32,407 nucleotides of DNA from positions 1-32,407 of the forward strand of contig KZ539139.1 of the NCBI GenBank assembly GCA_000934665.2, read 5' to 3'. The notes under the pieces were generated by a model, which was not told where the DNA came from, ran no database searches, and saw only the letters and a program-made list of their open reading frames with translations. Source of the stretch: Catajapyx aquilonaris. Taxonomy: Eukaryota. Numbering within the stretch: position 1 is the first letter of the stretch; every line of letters begins with the position of its first letter. The position numbers and the translations under genes were made by a program. Of the stretch, positions 1-11,922 are shown in pieces.

Positions 1-1531
1 ATGTCTCGTAGCGATCTCAAGTGGCCACCCGGTGCGTAATCCCTCGGCAGGTGATAACGCCAGAACGTAGTATAAGTGTCCGTGGGCTGCACTACCCTTT
101 CCTGCCCGAACCCCGTACGCGTGGCTAAAATTCTGATGTTTCCGTCGTTCATATCTCGGAAATGGATGAACAGTGGCATCTAGGACTTTCGCCACTCTGT
201 TTATAGCACACGATTTACCCCTCAAGGAAGTTTCAGCCAAATCGGAGGTGACCACCCTTGGTTTACTAAGGTAATTAAGCATATCGAAGCTCCTCCAAGA
301 GAGGCCATTGGCAGAAGTCACGCGTCGAGTGTTGTACAGTATCAGCTGCGGTATGTATTGTACTTGAACTGTCTGAATGCAAACATTATTCAGCACATTA
401 ACACTGTACGTTCTTTACCCTGTACACATTAGCAGGCTGATTCGACAGTTTTTACACTATAAAATCTGGCGTATACTTTGTGTAAAATAATGTGAATAAT
501 ACTGGAAAATTCTGATCGGTGTGAATGACCAACGTGCAGGATTGGTTAAAGACCAGCCTGACTTATTCCCATTGGCTGATCCATACGCGTGCCTCAATTC
601 CACTTAATACAACCCGAAGTACACTCGAGCCATAAAAATGTTACCAATAACATGAATCTTCTCATGCAACAGTTCAATGAGTCTAATGATCTGCATCATT
701 TGACACAATACAAACCATCATGATATAACAAGTCGAATCCCCCAGATGGCCACACCACAGGGTACGTTAGAGTGGCAACTCTGGCGCGAAAAAAAACCCT
801 GGTAAATTGCATGGACCAAAAAGGGTCCCCTGCTGTAATCCCAGTAGGAGGGCAGCTGCTGCCTGATTCCTTTTATGTCTTAAGCGATCACTGCCGAGTG
901 TGAGCCGACCTACCCCTAGGCCAGGGGTAGCCCCATATATCTCGTAATAAAAGTGTCTGGAAGGTTGCAAAAATTTTTGGCCAGCAACTTCCCATCGCTT
1001 GTGCTAACAAAAGGTGTCCAATATGTAAGGAAGTGGAACCAAACGACCGTTGGTCGTGTTGGTGCGTCCCCCGACAACAGAAAAGGGATGTCCCAAATGG
1101 ATATGTACTCACTCACCTGTGGAGCATCTGCCGACCCCAATCACGGCTAATTAGTAGCTCCCCCCCCCCCACCCCCTCCCTTCAAGAGAGGTGCCCACCT
1201 GGAAATGGAGGGGTCACTCGAACCAGTCAGGGGTGAAACCAAAGCCCTCTTCCTTCCCTCCCTCATCATCGTTTTATGATATCGGGCCTGCCAATCTCAC
1301 GTGTTTCGCCGATTTTTCCCCCTGCCACACACATTGTGTGGGAAATGTAACTGACACGTGAGTAGACGCTACTATGTTGCGGCTCCCTACGACAAATTTA
1401 AGTAAACTGGACGCATCATAATCATTCTGTCAGCCTATAAATGCAGCTGCTACTGAATCGTGAGCGTACAGAGAAATCCTAGTACAATTTTGGCAGTTAT
1501 TTATACTACTAACTGTAAGCAATCGCCTTGC

Positions 1532-1905
1532 GTTACCAGGAATTTGTCCGGTCGGGCACGGCCGGATGGAATAAAATATCTCCTCAATTATTACATATTT
1601 TTCTGGTTTAATTTTTGTAAACTATACATCTGATATACACCTCGGGACCTGTTTTTCCTTTTGATTTTCCGACTATTACTTCTAATGAAAAAAATTAAAA
1701 CACACTACCCCATGTAATTGTTCATAAGAACGATTGGAATAAAATATCTCCTCAAATATGACATATTTTTCTGGTTTTATTTTTGTAAACTATACATCTG
1801 ATATACACCTCGGGACCTGTTTTTAATTAACTGAATATGTTTGTATACACGGAAGTTATGAGCACTTTTATGGAGGCGTGTACGAATGGACAAATTCCTG
1901 GTAAC
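1532..1905. mobile_element. MITE-like element with 18-bp TIRs and an internal ~90-bp direct duplication
   Basis: GTTACCAGGAATTTGTCC (1532-1549) / GGACAAATTCCTGGTAAC (1888-1905) perfect inverted pair; near-identical direct repeats at 1567-1655 and 1735-1824; no clear TSD. Confidence 0.6.
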
Positions 1906-4454
1906 TGCGAAGTCCATGTAGTTCAAAGGTTATAATAGCACTTTTAAACATGCTAATAACGACCAATCGCTAGTAGCTAAGTACTATGTAACACCATACA
2001 AATACCCACACCATTTTTTCTAAAATCGCGCTTATCAATAACTGCTATTAGCTCCTTGAAGCATTGTTCCTCGTCCCATCATGTTTGCCGTAGCATGTAG
2101 GTCTAACCCAACGGTGACCCAATGACACGTCGATTACGAGGTGGGGTGCATCAGCGGAAGCGGCTGGGGGAGAAGAGCAACCATTTTTGAGTTCATCACC
2201 AGTAGGCTGGATTTTCGCGCAGGTGCGTGCATCGTCGCAAGTGGGTCGGTGCGCATTGGATCACACCTGCTTCTTCCCCCACCATCAAATCTAAACCAAC
2301 GCATCTTCCGGAAGTGGAAAATTGCTCTCGTCACGCGCCTGTCGCTTCCCATTTTTACCTCCAGACCATACCGTTTTTAATAGGCTCTTCTGTGGTATGC
2401 TCTTCCTCCCACCTGCGCCTCGTTAGAAAAACATATGGATAAATAGGCTATATGTAATTGTCCTTTTTTTTGGTATACGTGAATGTCCTCCTAGGCCCAA
2501 CCAATATAGCTGGACATAGTATATTAGGCTATAAATGACGTCATAAAGTGCGCCAGGGTGATAAGAGGGGCCGGCGCTTTAATTATGGCTCCATAAAATC
2601 CAGGCTGGAGAAACAAAAAGAGGAAGATTGCTTTTGGGGGTGTTATCGCCGGCCACAGGACACGGCTCTTTTGGGTGATTGCCACGCTAAATCACGGCTG
2701 GAAGGATTATTAAATACAGAAATATGGCGCGAAGCAGCCTGGGCAAGTTGTACAGGTCGCGGATGTACTATACATTACATATATAGGGTGTTCCAAGTTC
2801 ATGGGTCGTTTTTATGCTATCACTGATATCGACCGAAGTAGTGTAGCTTTGTGCCCCGGTACTGGTAGCAGTAACTATAAAATATGGCAACTGATTAGGG
2901 TCACAACAAGCGGCTACAAAAAATAACATTTGAACAAAATTTCGTACTGATAACAATAACTATTATAAAAGTTCACACGAACTTGGACTGCCTACATATG
3001 TATAGCCTACAATTCTGATTGGTTTTGGCAGTGGGTTGACATATGCCAAATTCCTGTGCATATATCCTAGAAAATAGAGTATAGAGTGAGGCAGATCTCC
3101 CCTCCATCACTCCCACAAGCCAAAAAAAAGGGGGGCTTGGTGAGGAATCGATAAGAGAGTGTGTGGCTTATGGTGGGTGTTGGTGGTCTGAACGAAGCGG
3201 CCGTATGAATATTTCAGCGCTTCTCTTTTGTCTGTGCTCGCGGGGGATCATGGGAGCCGCGCCGACAACTAATTGCCCACTCCATATCCACCTCTCCCAT
3301 ATCGACATCCCCTCACCCTACCCTTGCATATATATTTTTTCCTCTTTCACTTTTTTTTTCATATATTGGTGAGGGGGAACTACTCGTGGGAAAATTACTT
3401 TGTCCGGAGTAATCATAGCGTGTCTGTCGATATTACTGTGTATAGACCTGAGAGCAAAATAGGGTTTAATCCGTGGTTGTGAAACATTCACCTTATGTAG
3501 AGAGAAACAAGGGCCGTAAATGACTGACAGAAACCAATGAAAGTTTGAGTGAGTAAATTGGTTTGCCCAGATAGGATATATGGGGGGAGGGGGGGGGGGN
3601 CATGATTTTCTAACTTACAATAGTAATCCGCTAGAGTTTGCTCAAAAACATTTTCCTGCTAGTTTTTTTTTTTTTTTTCTAAATCCCCGATACCCGGCAG
3701 GCCTTTCGGCGCCGGCCAAAATGCGCCGAATGAAGGATTTAGTCCCGACTTGCATGAATAAATTGTGTCTTTTCAGCTGTGCAAACAAGGCCTCGGCCTC
3801 TCAAAACAATCGGCCGTCGTTTTTCAAGCTGATTTTTTCTCGTGCATGCAGACCCACGTGAGTTTGATAACATAGTTAGGATTGGTAAGTCAAACACCGC
3901 GCTCAAATTGCCGGAGAAACAGTGTTTCGTTGCTATCACCAGCAGTAATTTAGAGGTGACTCTGCCGGATATACGTCAAATCTAGAAGCAAATAGTGATC
4001 AAAAAAAAATTGGAAGGGGGGGAGGACGTCGTTTTGTGACCAATAGTCAACTTTGTATGATATGTAGGTTTGCAAGCATCTGATTTTAAAGTATATATAC
4101 AGGGAGGCCGATATGTTTATTTCCACCAATTAAAATTTCACCACCGCCAGCACTGTAATGGTTTGCCTAAATCCCACCGCATCCACATATTGTCAGCACT
4201 CACCAATTAAATGTGTTTATGCTGTAGTTTATAGATATCATGTGTATTCAAATCATAAGAATTTTCAGTAAGATTGCTATGCTGGCATACAAAATCAAAA
4301 AGTACACAAAATTAAAGTTAATTTAAATATTATTGTAGAAACCAGTGTTGACATTGCGCAATATATATTTTGTACAGTGCAACTGTGTACACAGTACTGT
4401 AGCAAATTAATTAATAACAGCAGTCGTTTCCTTCAGCAAAACAATGTTGCAATA

Positions 4455-4640
4455 CACTCTTAACCATTTACCTTCTCTAGAGAGGGTAAAAAATAGGCCC
4501 TTTTTTACCCTATATTTTCTAAGGTAATACATGCAAAATTTACCTTAGAATCAATTTACCCAAGAATATTTACCCTACAATGTAAGGTAAAAAATGGCCA
4601 CTTTCTTACCCTGTCTAGAGAAGGTAAATGGTTAAGAGTG
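4455..4640. mobile_element. Palindromic MITE with CACT...AGTG termini and TA duplication (EnSpm/CMC-like or Tc1/mariner-like)
   Basis: TA|CACTCTTAACCATTTACCTTCTCTAGA ... TCTAGAGAAGGTAAATGGTTAAGAGTG|TA; internal repeated TTTACC/GGTAAA motifs. Confidence 0.8.
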
Positions 4641-4882
4641 TACACATATGTAATAATTTTGTTTGGAAACCCATGCCTTTAGAGAACGTCGCGAAAGGCA
4701 TGTTGGGTTTTCAAAAATGAACACTGTATGACCTGCACCTATAAAAATCAACGTTTAGTCCAACAATGTTTTTCAAGTAACCAGCCCTATTCAAGATAAA
4801 AATTTGAATGTATGACATGGATGCGGGAATGGGTTGCGAAACTAGGGAAAGTGAGGGGAATGGGGAAACGAGAGAGGGGAGG

Positions 4883-4886
<4 letters not shown>

Positions 4887-4917
<31 letters not shown>
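4887..4917 (+). repeat. (GA)n microsatellite
   Basis: About 15 consecutive GA units within a purine-rich tract. Confidence 0.9.
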
Positions 4918-4920
<3 letters not shown>

Positions 4921-7900
4921 GAGAGTTCATTTTCCTCCGCACCAGCATACCTTCATCACGGAGCCAAATATTTGCAGTGCCACAGTGCAAACAGATGGCT
5001 TATTTGGCTGACGGCAATCGTCACTGAGGGACTGGGAAAAGGGGAGGGGTTGGGGAAAGGGGGGGAAGGGGGAGATGTGAGGGTGGGGGGGGGGAGTTTT
5101 TGGGAGAGAGGGAGAGAGGGGGGTGTGGGTGGGGCTCCAAACGTAACCCACAACGCAATGAGGGGATTTTGTAGCTTTCAAACCTCACTAAACTGGCCAA
5201 CTAATAACTATGCATGACTTTCTAGCAATGACACTTCTCTGAATGTGTTCATGGCTGTAAAGAGTGGGGGTGAAATAGCGTGAGACTGTTTCTTCAAAAT
5301 CAGTGGTGCAAGAATTTTTGGGGGCGAAATGTGTGGAGAAATGCCTGCGACAAATCTATAATAGCGACATAATGTATTAAAGGTTGAGAATGATCAGTAA
5401 TATTAGCTTGCATGTACTTAAAGCAAAATGTTATTTAGCCCTATATAATATTTTGGTTTGAAAATATATGAAACCAAGTCTGAACAGGCAACACAAAATG
5501 CTGAAAATAACGATGTTATTAATCTATAAATTATAGTCAGTTATTCACGCTCTGGTCGAGTAAGCTGTATTATAACTGATATGTATAGTAAGAATGTATA
5601 TGGGGGCTAAAAATGAATACAAGGTCAATTCACAAGTCACTAAAGGCGGAAGAATGACTCACGACAAAGAAGATTACATTATTGTTGTCATCTTTGTGCA
5701 CACTTTAAGCTCCGCAACAGGAAACACAGGTGTATGTGTGGATTAGTGGGCCATAAAATGTTACTATCTCTTTGGCATGAGAGCAATCGACCAGTCAGAA
5801 CAGCCAGCTAATTCAAACTTAGCAGCTCTTTTTTGTATGTTAACACAGTATTTTGCACACCCATATATCAATCTTCAATCCCTGTTAACATGTCTTCCAC
5901 AAAATCGACGTGTCTCTAACTCGAATGTTCATAGTCACTTACAGTGTTTTTAGCAGCTACAAACCATGGTGAATAGGATAGGTGGCGCCACTAGCAGGAG
6001 CGGCTAATTCGGAACTAACGTTACGACAAAAATTTCGCTTACGACCTTTAGCGAATTTACATTTACAGTGTACATCAATAAAACTTGTATACGTTGCGTG
6101 ACTGTTGAGGCGTCATATGATCTAAATGAGTTAAATTAACAGTATGTTTAAGCATATCGTGAGCTTAAAGCTGTTTTCAACATATAGATTGCCTGTTTAT
6201 TGGCTGATACACTCTCATGTTATTATATGAGTATAGTATAAGTTACATTAAGTTCAATCATATTAAAGTGATGTGTGTGATCGGTGAACATGTACCGCGT
6301 ACAATGGAATAAACTGCAAGTTATTTTAATATGCAAAAAAAAAAAACTCCGGTCAAAATGCAAAATAATTCCACCCGCACCGAGCGCAATGAGAGAAAAT
6401 ACACCCGGAGTTGTGTAAAACAGCGCATTTGCTTGTAACGCTTTTATAGCTGCAGGAATCAGCACCGCAGGACTATTATTGATTATGGCCATTAGTGACA
6501 TTTCCCCATGTAAACTTCGGCAAGCAACAGACTGCGGCATCCCCTATTATACACAGACGAGAGTAACGCTATTAGTTATCACAATAATTAGCAAAATCCC
6601 ATGATTTTTCCAACAGAATCCAGTTGTTAGCATATTCACATGGTGGTAGTTATAGGCATATGTGGGTTAGCTGTGGTCGGCCAGCTAATACGTTCGGAGG
6701 TATAGAGCTATTGGATTGGCCTACCCCCCCTCCATCCCCTATCCCCCCACCCACCCACCCTCCCGGAAAAGCGTGGACCCCGGATCGCCATGGAAACGCT
6801 TTTCCCTCTGCTATCTTGGGCGGCCAAACCCGGCCGCCGGCTGATGGGGAACGTGATGGCGCACACCACGCCCAGATTTCCAAAATGGGCGCCCAGGGGG
6901 TGGTAGGGGGGGGGGGGAGAGGGAGGCATGGGGCGTGCTATGGGACGCTATATGCCGGGTGCATTGGGATGCCTGCTGCATATGGATCTATGTGGCCGAT
7001 TACAACCCCCTCTCGTCCTGTCCTACCCAAAAAAAAAAAAAATGTATAGGATGGACACCCCCCCCCCAAAAAAAAGTACGAATCGGGGCACGTTTATGCG
7101 CCTAGCAAACATTGAATAGGCGTTGAGTACTTTCAGTAATGATTTATACTTTGGAGGAGTTGGGTGCGATGTGTATCCAATTGCAGATGCTTTTAGAGCA
7201 GTAATTTTGTTCCATCAAGCGGAGAGTTTACGCGGGTGTCACCTACAATTTGCAGAGGCCTCGGAGGGATGATAACGTGTTTGGCACGTGTTGAAAAGGA
7301 GGCTTTAATTTTGTTGTCTTCTATACCCACAGGTTGGATTTGCTAGTGTAGGTCAATATAAATGAAGACCTTAAATTCAGTCACATTTGAATGGTATCGA
7401 TGAGGGTTTGAAGAAGATTTCGTTGTCCATTACTGTGGAGATACGCACGTTTTCCATAGTAGACGTATACCAGGCAATGCTGGGCCAACCTCCTTAAATA
7501 TATCAATTATAAAGTAGACGTATACCAAATAGCTACCATGCCAAATATCCAGCAGTTTAACGAGCTTAGGAGCTTAGGGCTTAAACCTCCTCATCCTCAC
7601 CAGTGACGTCATGGATATTTTGGAGACACTTCTCCATGTCTGCTCTCTAAATAAATGCACATTGTTGCTGCAGTGACTCAAACGTGGCCTACTCAAGTGC
7701 CTCTTCAACCATTATAACTGCCTCCAAATCCCTATTTCGGCTCAATGTATAGTGTTTGGACAAGGTTTGAGTACAAGGTGTTTACATAGTCCGGTCGTCA
7801 ATTGTGTGTAGAGGTACAGTAATTTAATAACGAGTTGCTCAGGTCGTCGTTTGCGCAGTATACCTTCTAACTACAATGCACCTGGGAATAGTCCGACCAA

Positions 7901-10900
7901 GATGTTTTTTTTTTAGAAAATGCAGTAATCAGGCCAGCTCATTTAGCTCCTGCATAATGAATGTGACAATTAAGTAACTGTGGACAATTGAAATAACTAG
8001 TGGTGTGAATAATTTGTCCCAACGTCTGCAACAATTTCCATTCGGATCCTGCAGTCCCCCTTCCAAACCTTTTCCCCGTCCCCCATACACGAAGCCCGCG
8101 AGTTCTCCCCCATCGGGACAATAATCCCCTGAAAGGTGACAATCGGGACTTAATCCCCTTGGACTGCTAACCGGATTGCGCCAATCACGCAACATACTGG
8201 CCCTTTTCCCACTGGCGCACAAGCTTTGCAATAAGTGATGTCCTTATTTCCACAACACCAATTTTGCATCACAGAGACATGCCGTACATTAGCCATTAAT
8301 GTATTCAAAACACATTTAATTGCTTCTAAATAGTGCGGACAATGCTGATCCTGTCTGGAACACTGATTTCAGCTACTAATATTCAAATGATACAAGAAGT
8401 ACATTGTAGCAGCTCCACAAAAGAATAGCGCAACTCTATTTGAATAGTAATATGGACACAAAAATTATCATTAAAATATGATGCTCGAATGAATCCCGCT
8501 ACTCATAATGACGCCATCATGTTCTATCTGTCATACACAAAAAAGACGTAAGTTCCTCTCTATCAGCTGAGTGTCAGGAGTCTCAGGACACTTGCTTACA
8601 TGCCATTAGGTTTACCTCTTGGTGTGCAATGTGCATCGGCCTATTTCCATAGAGCACGAAGCAGCCTCGGGAAGGAAGCAAAACAGTTGGTGGGGGGGTG
8701 GGGGGGGGGGCAAGAGGGGGTTAAATTGGCCTAATTGGATTATTGGGCCGGGGGGATGAGCTGGAAGGGTGGAAGGAAGGATGATTATGATGATGACGAT
8801 AATGGTGATGGGGGTTAAAAGGGGACATTGGGAAGAACGTAGGCCAACCCCTTTCCAGCAGCAGTTGCTTCCGGGCATGTTACTCCAGCACGCTGGACAC
8901 TTGTCCTAATCAGTCGGCGATTGTCAACCGTCATGCTGACAGGATGATAAATATTTGCATTTCCGCCGACATTGCCATTATGAACGAATTTTACTCCTCA
9001 TAATACTTCATCAATCGATAGTCGTGTTGCCTAACGTACGGTGCTGTACATGGTGTACTCTCTAAATAACCACTGGCGAATTGCCACACAGCTCAACCGA
9101 TTTAACTAATATCCAAATAGTGCTAAGCGATAATAATGTCACTGCGCGTTGAAATGTGACGCAAAAGTCGAATTTTTGCAATGTGTGTAGTAAACCAACC
9201 AGCAGTTTAACAATCGATACAATTAATTGCGCATGAAGTGTTTCATAATCGAGAATACACTTGATATTACACTGCTGGCAGCATATACAATATTTGTATT
9301 AGAGACGTCACCTGTTCTCCAACTCGTCGTGACATGCATGTAGGCCTGCAGAATTTTGAGGGTAACATATATAACCATTCCCCACCATTCTCATGCCACT
9401 GTCTGTCACGCCACAGTGATATCATATGATCAGAGCGGCATCCCCACACCACGCACAGTAACACTTAGGGTCAAACATCTCAAAAATGGTATGTTACCAT
9501 GACATCCTTCCCCCTTCCTCCCTCATTTTTGTACCCCCTGGTTTTATATACAACATGTAGACATTAAAAATGCACCTGCTCAGAATGGCCCCGCATATTC
9601 AACGGCTCACCAAAATGTAATGAGAATATTTGAATATGATAAAAACAATTATAATCTTACTCAAACATTTTGCTTGTATCGAACGTACTAGTTAGCATAT
9701 GCGTTACATGAAATTCACTTAGCAAGTAAGGACACATTAATTTAGAACTTTGTGGTGGAAAACACGACAGCCTCAAGATTGCTCTTACATGAAACTGCAG
9801 AAAAACCTGACAATACTTGTGTAAACGATCATTATACTGACCACTGTACTATGATGATTCCATTTTTCTCCGTATTTCGATTGCGAGCGTAACATCATAG
9901 AACCTACCACCCCCATCCCCTGCTCCCACCCTACCACAACATGACGTACTTTATGGATGGCCAATTATAACAGAGGCAGGTATAGTAGCCTACACTAGAG
10001 CATATACCCACCATGCTGCCTGCAATGTCCTATATCATAATTATGTGATCCACGAAAAATGCGCAACCCCCAAAGGTGATTTTTAATCGCCAATTAAATC
10101 CAAATGCTAGAACTGGATTTATAATTACACGAACCTAATCGAACGTACAACTCATATAAATTAATGGTAATTTTGCAGGGCCTGAACTGGTCAGTATTAC
10201 ATTATTCAAAATAAAATTCACGACTATATGCGACCACCACGGTAGCCGGGTTTAGGAATTAATTTTCGCTTGGACTATCTGTAAAGTGGCATCTATCTGG
10301 TACATAGCACTGCACAAGTTTCTTCTTACCTTTGCAGTTTCGCTTCCACCTGACCTCATACATGACACGGAAGCCACCCTGATGCTGCTCTTGGAGAGAA
10401 GAGATGCAATCACACTCCACATGAACATGTGCAGTTAATCGTAACAGGTGCTTGAGGATCGTTGAAGTATCGCCAATGGTGGTGGAGGAGCAGAAGATGG
10501 ACAAAAGTCATTGATGGCCACAGCCCAGCAAGTCCCCAAGTTGACTATCAAAACGCGTACACAAACCGGAACTGCTTTGATCACACATTCGTCGTCCTTA
10601 GCATAAAATCCTTGACTGCAATGAGTAGTCAGATGGAGATTTGCTCCAGCTGGCTTCAGGAGTCTAATGGAGCCTGATAAGCTTGGGTCTGACAGACACG
10701 CAATTCCAGCTAGTAATGCATGTAAATTCACATGCATACAGAATGCAATGCACTAATTCCTACCAACCGACACTATTATATTCTCTCAATGCAAAAAAAA
10801 GTGCATATAATTTTGATCCAAGTATTAAAAGTAATTAATCTGCAACACTGCACCACAAAAATGACTTTTCTTTCATTATGAAGGAAGATGGACAAAAACA

Positions 10901-11156
10901 TGATATGGGACAGCAAAGCAGGGCCATAGGGATAGAATATTGGGAAGGGGAAGGACTGCGACAATTCCTTCATTAGTGCAGCCTTGGATTGTTTGCCCAG
11001 CTGTTTGCTTGGGAGGTAGGATTCCAAATGGCGAGTTGCATCCATGGGTGGGAGGGTACGGTGAGATGAGATTACACCTGTGCACAAAATTGATGTTCAT
11101 TCCGGAAAAACTCAGTGACTGGGAAAAATAAAATGTCAGCAATTGATTACACAACT

Positions 11157-11162
11157 TTTATT
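11157..11162 (-). promoter_or_regulatory. Candidate polyadenylation signal AATAAA of the MIPOL1-like gene
   Basis: Plus-strand TTTATT, i.e. minus-strand AATAAA, about 500 nt downstream of the stop in AT-rich sequence. Confidence 0.4.
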
Positions 11163-11660
11163 GCCATTCATCATGCATCAGTGAAACATATCAACAGTGT
11201 ACATACCGAACATTTTTTGGCATTATAAAAATAGTTTGGCTACTCTTGCATATAAATGCTCGCGAGTCAGAAAATTGCTATCGTGTTTTTGTGTGATTGT
11301 AACCTGCTCTGAAATTCAACACAAGCATTTACGCATAGTGGTGAGTGCACATGTGCATACAGGAGCCCAGAGCAAACTACCCACTGGGGAGTGACAACTG
11401 ATTGGGTGTTAATAATTATCTTAGTGGCACACATTATTAATACTCTGCAAACAAGGAATGAGAGGGGAGGAAAAAAATGCCTGGCAATGATTCTGTACAG
11501 AACCAGTCTAAATGCTAGCAGAAACAAACAAATATACAAGACTAAAACCATATTTTTGTGGAATGTCTTTTTTTCTCAATAAACAGAGAGAAACCATGAT
11601 GAATAAAGAACAGTTATTCTACATACAGTATGACCTGAGGTTTGGCATAAGGCAAAATGT

Positions 11661-11922
11661 TTACAGGTCTGTGACAGGCCCTTTCATCAAGGGAATTCGA
11701 CTGTCGTTGGCAGTTTCCCCAGCAGATGACGACGACTCTTCCAGGGAAGAAAGGGACGTTCCACTTTTGCCGCAGGATGACGACTCCGCAACCTGCTTAT
11801 TCTGAAGAGGGGGATCTGGTTCTACTGTCAAGGCTGGTGGAGAAGGCGGTGGTGACGATGCAAGTGCAACCCCATTGGCACTTTGCGTCTTCCAACGTAT
11901 GTCAGCAACCAGTCTCTCCAGT
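11661..11922 (-). CDS. MIPOL1: MIPOL1-like exon 9 (terminal coding exon)
   Basis: TGCTCCAG|A CTG GAG AGA...; 262 nt; RLERLVADIRWKTQSANG...IPLMKGPVTDL*, TAA at 11663-11661. Confidence 0.75.

Noticed and set aside
910..1063. Small GC hairpins (CTACCCCT-AGGCC-AGGGGTAG; ACCAAACGACC...GGTCGTGTTGGT) as Helitron ends or terminators
   Set aside because: No CTRR end or matching 5' TC end was found, and bacterial terminators do not apply to this eukaryotic DNA.
2137..2422. Possible degenerate TIR element (CGAGG...GAAGAGCA / TGCTCTTC...CCTCG)
   Set aside because: The match is too short and gapped to support a call.
6624..7119. 141-aa Pro/Gly-rich ORF and neighbours
   Set aside because: No recognisable domain or splice context. 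The region is rich in homopolymer runs and doubled bases, like 780-830, 8690-8830, 14260-14450 and 15480-16100, which may be low-quality sequence next to G/C runs.
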